From: Rhodospirillales bacterium
Lineage (GTDB): Bacteria; Pseudomonadota; Alphaproteobacteria; Kiloniellales; JACOMY01
Length of the DNA: 64,000 nucleotides
Reading direction: 5' to 3'
Assembly: GCA_965202755.1 (NCBI GenBank)
Contig: CBDBCL010000008.1
Coordinates: 30,702 to 94,701 of the forward strand
A program made the position numbers and the translations under genes. The stretch's first letter is position 1. The number at the start of each line of letters is the position of its first letter. This document shows positions 1 through 8,910 of the stretch, in pieces. The notes below the pieces were generated by a model. The model saw nothing but the letters and a program-made list of their open reading frames with translations, had not been told where the DNA came from and searched no databases.

Positions 1-955
1 TGGCCCGTGCGACGTCCTCCTGCAGCAGAAAGCCTTCCGCCGCCAGCGCCCGCGCGGCTGTTTCGATGGCCGCAGCATAGGCCTCGGCGTTGGGATAGCG
101 TGCCAGCACGCTGCGGCGCGGGTCGCCGGACTGCCGGGTCTCCTCATCGGAGGGGAAGGGCAGGTAGGCCCCGGTGATGCCGATCAACGCGGCTAGGCCA
201 TTCTCCGCGATTCCAGCCGACCGCGGTGCCCAGCGGGGCTTGCACCATCGGTGCCTTGACGCCGGCCAGGTCGAAGCCCTCGGCGTCAAGGCACCAGGAT
301 CGGATAATGCCGGCCGTTGCGTTCGGGTGGATTCACCGTGATCCGACCCTCGCTATCGAAAGCCGGTCCGAAGTCGAGCAGTTCGAGGCCGCTGGGTCCC
401 AGCGGGATGGCGACACCCGGAATTGCCGGGAAGGCGACCCGCCAGTCTTGCATCGTGGCCAGACTGCCGTCGGCCCGGCTGGGAATGCGGCTGGCCGGCG
501 GCGCCTCGCCGCCGCTCGCCCAGCCGTCCAGGTGATCCAGAAGGGCGCGGAAGAAAGCCGAGGTGGCGACCGGATTCTGAAGATGAAGCGCCTTAGATGA
601 AGCGCCTTGCCGTGACTGCCTTCACTCACGCCGGTGGCCGCACCTCGTTGTCCACCAAGTTGTTTATGCCGAGCTTGTTGATCAGCCAGTTGCTGCCCCC
701 GACGGGATCGTCCGACGACAGGCGCAGGGATCGATCGCGACCTGCCCCACTGGGGCCTCTGTCGATCCAGAAGGGCAGGCAAGACATGCTTTCATTCCAG
801 CTCTCGCGGTCTTCGGGGGCCACATGGTCGGTCGCTTTCAGAAAGGTATTGGCAAGATCGACGGGCAGACCGATGACGCCGAGGACGCCCCTGACGGCGG
901 CCTCGCTGGCAGTCGCCGCGTAGTCGGAGAAAGAGTAGTCGTCGATGCGAGCGTC
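1..955 (-). pseudogene. alpha/beta-hydrolase-domain protein remnant (C-terminal part; 3' end runs off the window)
   Basis: Minus-strand translation gives ...GSHGKALHLQNPVATSAFFRALLDHLDGWASGGEAPPASRIPSRADGSLATMQDWRVAFPAIPGV...LDFGPAFDSEGRITVNPPERNGRHYPILVP / LDAEGFDLAGVKAPMVQAPLGTAVGWN / LIGITGAYLPFPSDEETRQSGDPRRSVLARYPNAEAYAAAIETAARALAAEGFLLQEDV. This requires hopping between all three frames (at least 4 shifts; one is the 14-bp duplication at 581-608). Family assignment is from memory. The upstream limit is uncertain. Confidence 0.5.
581..608. repeat. perfect 14-bp tandem duplication AGATGAAGCGCCTT x2
   Basis: Read directly: 581-594 equals 595-608. Deleting one copy restores the reading ...HGKALHLQNPVATSAFFRALL... 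on the minus strand. Confidence 0.95.
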
Positions 956-1098
956 TTTTCGTTTTGTGTCCTGCAGTAGCTGCCTGTTGCCCCGTAATCG
1001 GTCCGGCGCCCGGTTGCCTTGTGAGTGAAACTGGGTCTAAGCGCCGGGCGCCTGGGACGTTACAGACAACGCGGGGCGAATCGTTTCCATTCGGTCGC

Positions 1099-2196
1099 TC
1101 ATTTGTTTGCCTGCATTTCGTTAAATTCCTCTTCTGACGATATCTCTCTATACTCGTCATTATAGAAGAAATCGCTGCCAAAACCGATGATTCCATTATC
1201 CCACGCTTCATTGTATTCCGCCTCGCTTGTGAAAGTGGGCGGTACCTGGGCCAGATAGAGGAAGAACTCGGCTGCATTCAGTCGCCTTGACGCGCTTTTC
1301 CTGGAATCGGCAGTGCTGTTTGGATCTTGCAAGGTGCGGCGCCACTGCTGCATCTGAGATCGCAGTTGTCTGTCGATGGCTCTGAGAGAGCCTCTCAGGC
1401 CCTGGGCGCTTGTGAATATACTGGGCGTGATGTTCAGTTCATCGAGGATGTCGGTCAACTCCGCCTGGGTAAACCTGTCGCCTTGAACGAACACCCTGGC
1501 CAAACCGTAGGCGGCTAAATTCATGAATGTTCTTGCCTCCACAGTGCCTGACATGAAGCCTGTCGCGTCGTCGGACAACTCCCAAAGGGACTTTTCGCCA
1601 GTGGGCAGACGATTGACCTTGTAACGCAGATAGAGACTGGGGGCTGTCGGGTTCAATACCTGTCCAGAGGACCAGCCCTCTTGCGGCTGTGGATCGCTTG
1701 ACGATGGCTGGGGCGCGTTCGGGGACGGGGATCCCGATGGCGCAGACCGCGATGCCTGCGATGCCTGCGAAAGTCCGCCCGCCCTGTCCCTCTGATAATC
1801 CAGAAGCGGGGTTACCGTGACATTATTGGGATTTGTCCTGTTCAGGACTTCGATGCTCTTGGCCCGCAGCGCCTTGCGTCCCTTGGTGCAGGCAAAGACC
1901 TCGGTCCTGATGTTGTTGCCGGTGAGGAAGGCATTGAGTGCGGCCTGGAACATGAGATCGTGGTTCGGCCCGCCCTGTTTGCGCTCGATCCGGATGGTGT
2001 CGACATGGCCGGCACAGGGCAGCTTGTCGCCGGCCGAGGTGACCTCCCAGTTCCCTTCGGCCTTCTGCATCTCGAAATGGCCGTGCTTCACGATAATGCT
2101 TTTGATCGGCGAGGCGTCCGTCGGCCACTCGGCGGCCTGGGCAGAACCCAGCGTCATACAGACCAGAATTCCCGACAGTGCAGCCAGCTTCAACAT
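1099..2196 (-). CDS. orphan secreted two-domain protein (hypothetical)
   Basis: ATG at 2196 preceded by GAGGAGG. N-terminal signal peptide MLKLAALSGILVCMTLGSAQA/AE. About 120-aa domain, then a Ser/Pro/Gln-rich linker (SQASQASRSAPSGSPSPNAPQPSSSDPQPQ), then an about 200-aa C-terminal domain. G+C is visibly lower than in neighbours. I recognise no family. Confidence 0.7.
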   Translation of the reverse strand: MLKLAALSGILVCMTLGSAQAAEWPTDASPIKSIIVKHGHFEMQKAEGNWEVTSAGDKLPCAGHVDTIRIERKQGGPNHDLMFQAALNAFLTGNNIRTEVFACTKGRKALRAKSIEVLNRTNPNNVTVTPLLDYQRDRAGGLSQASQASRSAPSGSPSPNAPQPSSSDPQPQEGWSSGQVLNPTAPSLYLRYKVNRLPTGEKSLWELSDDATGFMSGTVEARTFMNLAAYGLARVFVQGDRFTQAELTDILDELNITPSIFTSAQGLRGSLRAIDRQLRSQMQQWRRTLQDPNSTADSRKSASRRLNAAEFFLYLAQVPPTFTSEAEYNEAWDNGIIGFGSDFFYNDEYREISSEEEFNEMQANK

Positions 2197-2313
2197 CGTG
2201 CCCTCCTCGATCCTCTTGTTCTCGAATGACAGCGAAATCCCCTTTGATGGTGGGATGGTACTGAAGGCATCTGCCGATCACGACCGCTGCAGTGTCCTCA
2301 GTCTGGCTCCGGG

Positions 2314-4755
2314 TCAGACTTTCACGCGTTCCGCAGCGGGATCGTATGGCGGTGCCAGGTGAACCTCGGCCGTGACCCGCCGGGTGGCCACTACCAACTC
2401 ATAGCGTCCGGCCAGAACATAGTTCGGCGTCACGCCCGCCTGATTTCGGACATAGCCATAGCCGATGCCTCTGCCCAGGCTGTAGCCGAAGCCGCCGCTG
2501 GTCAGATAGCCGGCGAAGGCGCCGTCGCGCAGGATGGTCTCGCGCCCCAGCAAGACGATATCGGGGTCATCGACCGTGAAGCCGGCCAGCAGCTTGTGCT
2601 GCGGTCCCTGGGCTGCCGCTTCGGCTGCAGCGCGGCCCATGAAGTCTTGATTGGTGCGCAGCTTCACCGCCCAGCCGAGCCCGGCTTCGAAGGGAGAATC
2701 GTTCGGGGTGATGTCGCTGCCCCAGGCGCGATAGCCCTTCTCTAGCCGCAAGGATTCCAGGCAGCGATAGCCGACGGGTCGGATGTCATGCGCACGGCCG
2801 GCCTGCATCAGGCTGTCGAAGACCTCGCCGGTCGCCTGCAGCGGCACGTGCAATTCCCATCCCAGTTCACCGCAGTAGGTGACGCGGAGCGCCCTGACCT
2901 CGGCGTCGGCGATCGACAGCATACGCACATGGCCGAAGGGGAAGGCGGCGTTGGAGACATCCGCGTCGGTGACGCCGGCCAACACCGCACGTGCCTTGGG
3001 GCCCATCAGCGAGAGGGTGCCGTAGGCCTCGGTTACGTCCTCCAGGGCGACCTCGAGGCCAGCCGGCACATGATCGCGAATCCAGCTGGCGTCGTGGGTC
3101 CGGAAGCCGGTCCCAGTGACGATATGGAAGCGCTGCTCGTCAAGACGTGCGACGGTCAGGTCGCACTCGATGCCGCCGCGGCCGTTCAGAAGCTGCGTAT
3201 AGGTCAGGCGGCCCGGCGGCTTGCCGATGCGATTGGCGCAGACGTATTCCAAGGCAGCCAGGCTATCCTTGCCGGTCACCTCGTACTTGGCGAAGGAGGA
3301 TTGATCGAAGATGCCGACCGCCTCGCGCACCTGTCTGTGTTCCTCGCCGACCGCCTGGAACCAATTCTGCCGGCCCATGGAGTAGTGATCGCGTGGTTCC
3401 ATGCCCTCGGGCGCGAACCAGTTCGGCCGCTCCCAGCCCAGCTTCGAACCGAAGACGCCGCGACGCGCCTTCAGGCGTTCGTAGAGGGGCGAGACGATGC
3501 GCGGTCGTCCGCTCTCGTGCTCTTCGTGCGGGAAGTCGATGGTGTAGTGCTTGCCATAGGCTTCTAGGGTGCGCGCGCAGACCCAGGCGCGGTCCAGATG
3601 CAGGTCGGAGAAGCGGCGGATGTCGACCGACCAGAGGTCCAGCGGCGCTTCGCCCGAGGCCACCCATTCGGCAAGAACCCAGCCGGCGCCGCCGCCAGAG
3701 GCGATCCCGAAGGCATTGAAGCCGGCGCCGACGAAAAGGTTGTCGCATTCCGAACCCAAACCCAGGATGAAGTTGCCGTCCGGGGTGAAGCTTTCCGGGC
3801 CGTTGATCATCTGTTTCACGCCGGCTTCGTTCAAGGCTGGCACACGCTCGACCGCCTGTTCCATGTGCTGGGCGAAGTGATGCCAGTCGTCGTCGAAGAG
3901 CTGGAACTGGAAATCGTCGGGGACGTCGCCCTGGGTCCAGGCGATGGGGTCCGGTTCGTAACCGCCGAGGACCAGACCGCCGACCTCCTCCTTGAAGTAA
4001 GTACGGCGGTCGGGATCGCGGATGGTGGAGGCTTCGGTGGAGAGACCCTCGATCGCCTCGGTGATAATGTACTGGTGCTTGGCCGGCAGCAGCGGCACCG
4101 AAACACCGGCCAGCGCGCCGAGTTGCCTGGCCCATTGCCCGGCGCAGTTCACCACCTTTTCGCAGGCGATGGCGCCCTCGCTCGTCTCCACATGAGTGAT
4201 GCGCTTGCCGGCCATGCGAAAGCCGGTAACCCGGATGCCCTCGCGAATGCTCACGCCGCGCATGCGGGCACCCTTGGCCAGGGACTGGGTGATGTCGCTG
4301 GGATTGGCCTGGCCGTCGGTCGGCAGGAAGCTGGCGCCGACCAGGTCGTCGCAATTCAGCAGCGGCCACATGGCCTTGACCTCGCTGGGTGAGATCAGGT
4401 GCATTTCCATGCCGAAGCTGCCGGCCGTGGTCGCCAGACGCTGATACTCGATCCAGCGATCCTGGTTGCAGGCGAGCCGGAGGCAGCCGCTCATTTTCCA
4501 GCCGGTCTCCAGACCAGTCTCCTCCTTCAAGGTCTTGTAGAGCTCGACCGAGTACTTCAGCACCTGGGTGATCGAGGCCGAGGAGCGCAGCTGTCCGACC
4601 AGTCCGGCGGCATGCCAGGTCGAGCCCGAGGTGAGCTTGCCCTGCTCCAGCAGCAGCACCTCGGCCTGGTGATCGCGCACCAGGTGATAGGCCGTGGAGC
4701 AGCCGATGATGCCGCCGCCAATGACGACGATCTCTGCACGGTCGGGAAGCGACAT
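2314..4755 (-). CDS. FAD-dependent dimethylglycine/sarcosine dehydrogenase family protein (DAO domain + GcvT-like folate-binding domain)
   Basis: MSLPDRAEIVVIGGGIIGCSTAYHL dinucleotide-binding start and a C-terminal aminomethyltransferase-like half (YRCLESLRLEKGYRAWGSD). About 813 aa, typical of DMGDH/SardH. I chose the ATG at 4755 (GGAAAGG upstream, 4 nt after the upstream stop) instead of the 914-aa ORF-track start, which overlaps the preceding gene. Confidence 0.85.
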   Translation of the reverse strand: MSLPDRAEIVVIGGGIIGCSTAYHLVRDHQAEVLLLEQGKLTSGSTWHAAGLVGQLRSSASITQVLKYSVELYKTLKEETGLETGWKMSGCLRLACNQDRWIEYQRLATTAGSFGMEMHLISPSEVKAMWPLLNCDDLVGASFLPTDGQANPSDITQSLAKGARMRGVSIREGIRVTGFRMAGKRITHVETSEGAIACEKVVNCAGQWARQLGALAGVSVPLLPAKHQYIITEAIEGLSTEASTIRDPDRRTYFKEEVGGLVLGGYEPDPIAWTQGDVPDDFQFQLFDDDWHHFAQHMEQAVERVPALNEAGVKQMINGPESFTPDGNFILGLGSECDNLFVGAGFNAFGIASGGGAGWVLAEWVASGEAPLDLWSVDIRRFSDLHLDRAWVCARTLEAYGKHYTIDFPHEEHESGRPRIVSPLYERLKARRGVFGSKLGWERPNWFAPEGMEPRDHYSMGRQNWFQAVGEEHRQVREAVGIFDQSSFAKYEVTGKDSLAALEYVCANRIGKPPGRLTYTQLLNGRGGIECDLTVARLDEQRFHIVTGTGFRTHDASWIRDHVPAGLEVALEDVTEAYGTLSLMGPKARAVLAGVTDADVSNAAFPFGHVRMLSIADAEVRALRVTYCGELGWELHVPLQATGEVFDSLMQAGRAHDIRPVGYRCLESLRLEKGYRAWGSDITPNDSPFEAGLGWAVKLRTNQDFMGRAAAEAAAQGPQHKLLAGFTVDDPDIVLLGRETILRDGAFAGYLTSGGFGYSLGRGIGYGYVRNQAGVTPNYVLAGRYELVVATRRVTAEVHLAPPYDPAAERVKV

Positions 4756-4759
4756 GGGC

Positions 4760-5644
4760 TCAGGCCTTTCCATAGCGGGAGCGGTAGCTATCGAGGGCCT
4801 GGTCGAGATAGTCCAGATTCTCGGCGGTGTAGGCGATGTAGTCGACGCCCGGTGTATCCAGGTGCAGCTCGGAGACCATGGACCACATGGCCTCGCGCAG
4901 CAGCGAAGCGCACTGCATGGCGGCTTGGGCCTGCAGCAAGGCCGGCTCCGGCGTTTGGCCGAAGTAGCGGGCCAGCAGCTCGAGCGACTGCTCTTGGCTG
5001 AAGTGCGCGTTGGAGGCGATGCCGGCCAGATCGAAGAGCGGCGTAGAGAAGCCGGCATACTCGAAGTCGATCAGCCAGAGCCGTTCGCCGTCGTCGAGGA
5101 GGTTGGCAGGCAGCAGATCGTGGTGGCCATAGACGATGGGTAAGGGCACCTGGCTTGCTTCGAACTCGGCATTGAGCGCCAGGAACCCCGGCAGGTGCTC
5201 GGTCATGCGCGACTTGCCTGCCTCTAGGGTGCGGGCGTAGTCCCGGATCACGTGGAAGACCCAGAAGATGAAGCCGGGGCCACTGACCTCCGCCGGCATG
5301 GTCTGGTGGAAGCGTTGCACCAGGCCGGTCACGCCGGCAATGTTGGCACGCACGTCCTCCGGCGCGTAGGTCTTGGCCTCGATGAAGCGGGAGACCATGA
5401 TCCCGGTCGCATCATAGACTAGGGCCGGAGCCAGCCCTGCGCGCTCGGCAGCACGCGCGTTCATGACCTCGCGCTGTCGGGAGACGTGGTGGAAGGGAAA
5501 GTCGCGGCCGAAGCGCACGACGAAGCGCTCGCCGGCGTCGGTCACCAGAAACGACTCGTTGGAGAGACCGCCATGCAGCGGTTGCCAGGCAATTTCGCCT
5601 CTCCAAAGCGGCAGGCTTTCAATTCGGGAATCGGTGTCGCTCAA
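4760..5644 (-). CDS. choline/ethanolamine-kinase-family phosphotransferase
   Basis: Motifs LHGGLSNESFLVTD and HHDLLPANLLDDGERLWLIDFEYAGF (APH/ChoK catalytic loop). TTG start. Sits between the ABC permease and the dehydrogenase. Confidence 0.75.
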   Translation of the reverse strand: MSDTDSRIESLPLWRGEIAWQPLHGGLSNESFLVTDAGERFVVRFGRDFPFHHVSRQREVMNARAAERAGLAPALVYDATGIMVSRFIEAKTYAPEDVRANIAGVTGLVQRFHQTMPAEVSGPGFIFWVFHVIRDYARTLEAGKSRMTEHLPGFLALNAEFEASQVPLPIVYGHHDLLPANLLDDGERLWLIDFEYAGFSTPLFDLAGIASNAHFSQEQSLELLARYFGQTPEPALLQAQAAMQCASLLREAMWSMVSELHLDTPGVDYIAYTAENLDYLDQALDSYRSRYGKA

Positions 5645-5657
5645 GCTCTCATGTCCC

Positions 5658-7676
5658 TTAGCGTTGCAGACCCAGGCGCCGACGCATGCGGCCGGCGCCG
5701 GCCGAGATCAGACGGTCGGCGATGATGGCGATGAAGGCAACGCAGAGCCCGGCCACCAGGCCGCGGCCGGTGTCGGCCTTGGTGAGTGCGATGTAGACCT
5801 CTTGGCCGAGATCTCGGGTGCCGACCAGAGCTGTGATGACAAGCATCGACAGCGCCAGCATGATGGTCTGGTTGATGCCCAGCATGATCTCCGGCAAGGC
5901 CAGCTTCAGCTTGATCTTGACCAGCAGCTGCCAGGGCGTGCAGCCGGCCGCCTTACCGGCCTCGATCAACTGCGGATCGACCTGGCGGAGCCCCAGCGCG
6001 GTGTAGCGAATGGCCGGTGCCACGGCATAGGCAACGACGGCGATCATGGCGGTGAAGTCGCCGACCCGAAACAGCATCACGGCGGGCATCAGATAGACGA
6101 AGGAGGGCAGGGTCTGCAGCGTGTCGATGGCCAGCTGCACGCCTTTCCACAGGCGTTCGCGCTCAGCCGCGAGGATGCCGATCGGCAGGCCGATCAGGCA
6201 GGCGATTATGACCGAGAGGCCGCAGAGATAGACCGTCACCATGGCCTTGGCCCAGAGTCCGACCGAGGCGATCAGAAAGGCCAGGACGGCGGTCAAAAGC
6301 GCCGTGCGCCAGCCGCCCAAGGTCCAGCCGGCCAAGCCGACCAGGGTGACGACTCCGACCCAGGGCAGGCTGAGCAGAAAGCGCTTGAAGGGGATCAGAA
6401 TGTTCAAGAGCAGCAGGTTCTTGGAGGCCTCGAGCTGATCGAAGAAGTTGACGTTGATCCACTTCACCACGTCCGACCAGAAGGCGCCGGTGGTGATCTG
6501 CAGGGCTTCCGGGTAGCTCTGTACGAAGCCGGTGACCAGGCCGATGAGACCGGTGACCAAGACCATCGCCAGCGCCGCTGCCGTGTAGGGGTGGCGTGCG
6601 ATCGGGCTCTTGGGCACCGCTTCGGCATGACTGCGCGTGCGCGCGGCGAAGGCCTGGCTCAGGCGATCCAGGGCGACGGCCAAGGCGACGATCGCCAATC
6701 CGGCCTCGACCCCGGCGCCGATATCGAGCCGCCTGAGGGCGGCCAGCACCTCGAAGCCGAGGCCGCCGGCGCCGATCATCGAGGCGATGATCACCATGTT
6801 GAGCGACAGCATGATGACCTGATTGACCCCGACCATGAGCCCCGGCATGGCCGAGGGCACCATCACCCGCCAGGTCATCTGCCGGCGGCTGCAGCCCACC
6901 ATGCGGCCGAGGTCTTGCACCTCCGAGGGAACACCGGCCAGCGCCAGCAGGGTGATGCGGGTCATCGGCGGCAGCGCATAGATGATGGTGGCGACGACGG
7001 CCGAGGTCGGACCGAAGCCGAAGAGGAAGAGGATCGGCACCAGGTAGGCGAAGACCGGCACCGTCTGCATCAGGTCCAAGACCGGCCGAAGTGCTACGGC
7101 AAACCAGCGCCAGCGATGCCCGGCAAGACCCAGCAGCAGACCGCCGGCCACGCCCAGCGGGGCCGCGATCAGGATCGATGCCAGGGTGATCATGGCGTTG
7201 TCCCACTGCCCGAAGAGCGCCAGAAAGCCGAAGCAGCCGCCGACCAGTGCGGCCAGGCGCCAACCGCCGGCGTAGAGTCCCATCAGGGCTACGATGACGA
7301 TGACCGCGATCCAGGAGAGTGGCGGCAGGATCTCGACAGCTTGGCTGCCTTGACCCGAGAGGAACCCGGCGGAGAGCAGACTGAGCGCGATGCGGTAAGG
7401 AAAGTCGATCATCTCGGCCAGAAAGCGGGTGAATTCGGTGAAGCTGAAGAGGCCGAAGGAGGCGTCCTCGACCAGCCATTTCATCGAGTCGCCGATCCAG
7501 CGCTTCAGCGGCAGGCGTAGATCGCGGGGGATCTTGAAGGCCCAGCCGGCGAGCGGCTTGCCGAACTGCCAAAGCAGGATGAAGAGCGTGAGTGCGGCAA
7601 GCCAGATCGCCTGATTGCGGCTGATCGCAAGACCTTGCTTGCGTGCCCCACTCAGGCTGTCCGGATTCGCAGACAT
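5658..7676 (-). CDS. glycine betaine/proline-type ABC transporter permease (duplicated/fused transmembrane domains)
   Basis: 672 aa, very hydrophobic, with two BPD-type permease repeats. Directly downstream of the ProV-like ATPase. ATG at 7676. Confidence 0.85.
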   Translation of the reverse strand: MSANPDSLSGARKQGLAISRNQAIWLAALTLFILLWQFGKPLAGWAFKIPRDLRLPLKRWIGDSMKWLVEDASFGLFSFTEFTRFLAEMIDFPYRIALSLLSAGFLSGQGSQAVEILPPLSWIAVIVIVALMGLYAGGWRLAALVGGCFGFLALFGQWDNAMITLASILIAAPLGVAGGLLLGLAGHRWRWFAVALRPVLDLMQTVPVFAYLVPILFLFGFGPTSAVVATIIYALPPMTRITLLALAGVPSEVQDLGRMVGCSRRQMTWRVMVPSAMPGLMVGVNQVIMLSLNMVIIASMIGAGGLGFEVLAALRRLDIGAGVEAGLAIVALAVALDRLSQAFAARTRSHAEAVPKSPIARHPYTAAALAMVLVTGLIGLVTGFVQSYPEALQITTGAFWSDVVKWINVNFFDQLEASKNLLLLNILIPFKRFLLSLPWVGVVTLVGLAGWTLGGWRTALLTAVLAFLIASVGLWAKAMVTVYLCGLSVIIACLIGLPIGILAAERERLWKGVQLAIDTLQTLPSFVYLMPAVMLFRVGDFTAMIAVVAYAVAPAIRYTALGLRQVDPQLIEAGKAAGCTPWQLLVKIKLKLALPEIMLGINQTIMLALSMLVITALVGTRDLGQEVYIALTKADTGRGLVAGLCVAFIAIIADRLISAGAGRMRRRLGLQR

Positions 7677-7681
7677 GGCCG

Positions 7682-8725
7682 TCAGGCCCGCATCATCAGG
7701 GCGACGACATCGTCGCGATGCAGACTGCCGACGGCCTCACCTTCGGCGTTGAGGACCCTGAGCGCATCCGTCTTTTCCTGCAGCAGCGGCGCGGCATCGG
7801 CGATGCGTGCATCGACGGCGATCTCGCCGCCGGCACTCTCCCCCTCCAGCGGACGCATCAGCGAGGCGACCTTCACCACCTTGGCCAGGGTCACGCTCTT
7901 GGTGAACTCGGCGACATAGTCGTCGGCCGGGCTGGTCACCAGTTCCTCCGGCGTGCCGATCTGCACTACGGCGCCATCCTTCATGATGGCGACGCGATCG
8001 GCCAGGCGGATGGCCTCGTCGAAGTCGTGGGTGATGAAGACGATGGTCTTCTTCAGCGCCGCCTGCAGTCGGATGAACTCGTCCTGCATCTCGCGGCGGA
8101 TCAGCGGATCCAGCGCCGAGAAGGGCTCATCCAGGAACCAGAGTTCCGGCTCCACCGCCAGCGAGCGGGCGATGCCGACGCGCTGCTGCTGACCGCCGGA
8201 GAGTTCACGCGGGAAGAAGTACTCGCGACCCTTCAGGCCGACCAGTTCGACCATGCGCAGCGCCTTTTCGTTCCGTGTAGCGATGTCGACGCCCTGCACC
8301 TCTAGAGGAAAGGCGACATTGCCCAGGACGGAGAGGTGCGGCAGCAGCGCGAAGTGCTGGAAGACCATGCCCATCTGGTGGCGCCGGATCTCGATCATGC
8401 GCTTGTCGCTGGCGGCCAGCAGGTCCTCGCCTTTGAAGAGGATCTCGCCACCGGTCGGTTCGATCAGGCGCGACATGCAGCGCACCAGGGTCGACTTGCC
8501 GGAGCCGGAAAGCCCCATGATCACGAAGATCTCGCCCTCGCCGACCTCCAGTGAGACGTCGCGCAGCGCGGCCACCAGTCCCGCTGCTTTGGCAGCCTCG
8601 GGCGTCAGCTTTCCGCCGGAGCGAGCGAGCGCAGCCTCGGCGCCCGGTCCGAACAGCTTCCAGACCGAACGACAGGCGAGTTTGGCCTGGGAGGCAGGGT
8701 TTTGGGCGGGCGTATCAGATAACAT
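7682..8725 (-). CDS. proV: glycine betaine/L-proline ABC transporter ATP-binding protein with C-terminal CBS region
   Basis: Walker A GLSGSGKST, signature LSGGQQQRVGIARSL, Walker B LWFLDEPFSALD. C-terminal extension typical of ProV/OpuAA. ATG at 8725 preferred over the TTG at 8746. Confidence 0.85.
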   Translation of the reverse strand: MLSDTPAQNPASQAKLACRSVWKLFGPGAEAALARSGGKLTPEAAKAAGLVAALRDVSLEVGEGEIFVIMGLSGSGKSTLVRCMSRLIEPTGGEILFKGEDLLAASDKRMIEIRRHQMGMVFQHFALLPHLSVLGNVAFPLEVQGVDIATRNEKALRMVELVGLKGREYFFPRELSGGQQQRVGIARSLAVEPELWFLDEPFSALDPLIRREMQDEFIRLQAALKKTIVFITHDFDEAIRLADRVAIMKDGAVVQIGTPEELVTSPADDYVAEFTKSVTLAKVVKVASLMRPLEGESAGGEIAVDARIADAAPLLQEKTDALRVLNAEGEAVGSLHRDDVVALMMRA

Positions 8726-8763
8726 ACGGTTCCGACCGGACGGCAAACCGGGGCAGAGGGCTA

Positions 8764-8814
8764 GTGGTGAGAATCAGACGGATGGTTCCTATCCATCTGT
8801 CTGGTTCTCACCAC
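8764..8814. repeat. long inverted repeat (22-nt arms, 7-nt loop) between the binding-protein gene and proV
   Basis: GTGGTGAGAATCAGACGGATGG / ttcctat / CCATCTGTCTGGTTCTCACCAC. 20 Watson-Crick pairs plus 2 positions that are G-U only if the plus (antisense) strand is the RNA. Confidence 0.8.
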
Positions 8815-8840
8815 CAAACCATTGATCGGACCACTGGCAG

Positions 8841-8883
8841 AAAAAAAGGGGGCGTTGCTCGGATTGGGTAGTGCGACGCCCCC
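8841..8883 (-). terminator. intrinsic terminator after the binding-protein gene
   Basis: On the minus strand: GGGGGCGT...ACGCCCCC stem followed by U7 (A7 at 8841-8847 on the plus strand). It lies 28 nt after the reconstructed stop at 8911-8913. Confidence 0.7.
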
Positions 8884-8910
8884 GGAGACAAGGGGGGGTG
8901 GACTCGAGCC

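Noticed and set aside
5463-7520. Very long ORFs antisense to, or out of frame with, real genes: 5463-7520 (+) 685 aa; 6163-7572 (-); 3263-4369 (-); 34539-35771 (-) 410 aa; 43133-45196 (-) 687 aa; 56122-57315 (+); 56696-58480 (-) 594 aa.
   Set aside because: They are Arg/Pro/Gly/Ala-rich, low-complexity shadow frames typical of high-G+C DNA. Each fully overlaps a gene with clear family motifs in another frame or on the other strand (permease, nrdJ, carnitine dehydrogenase, ccmF).
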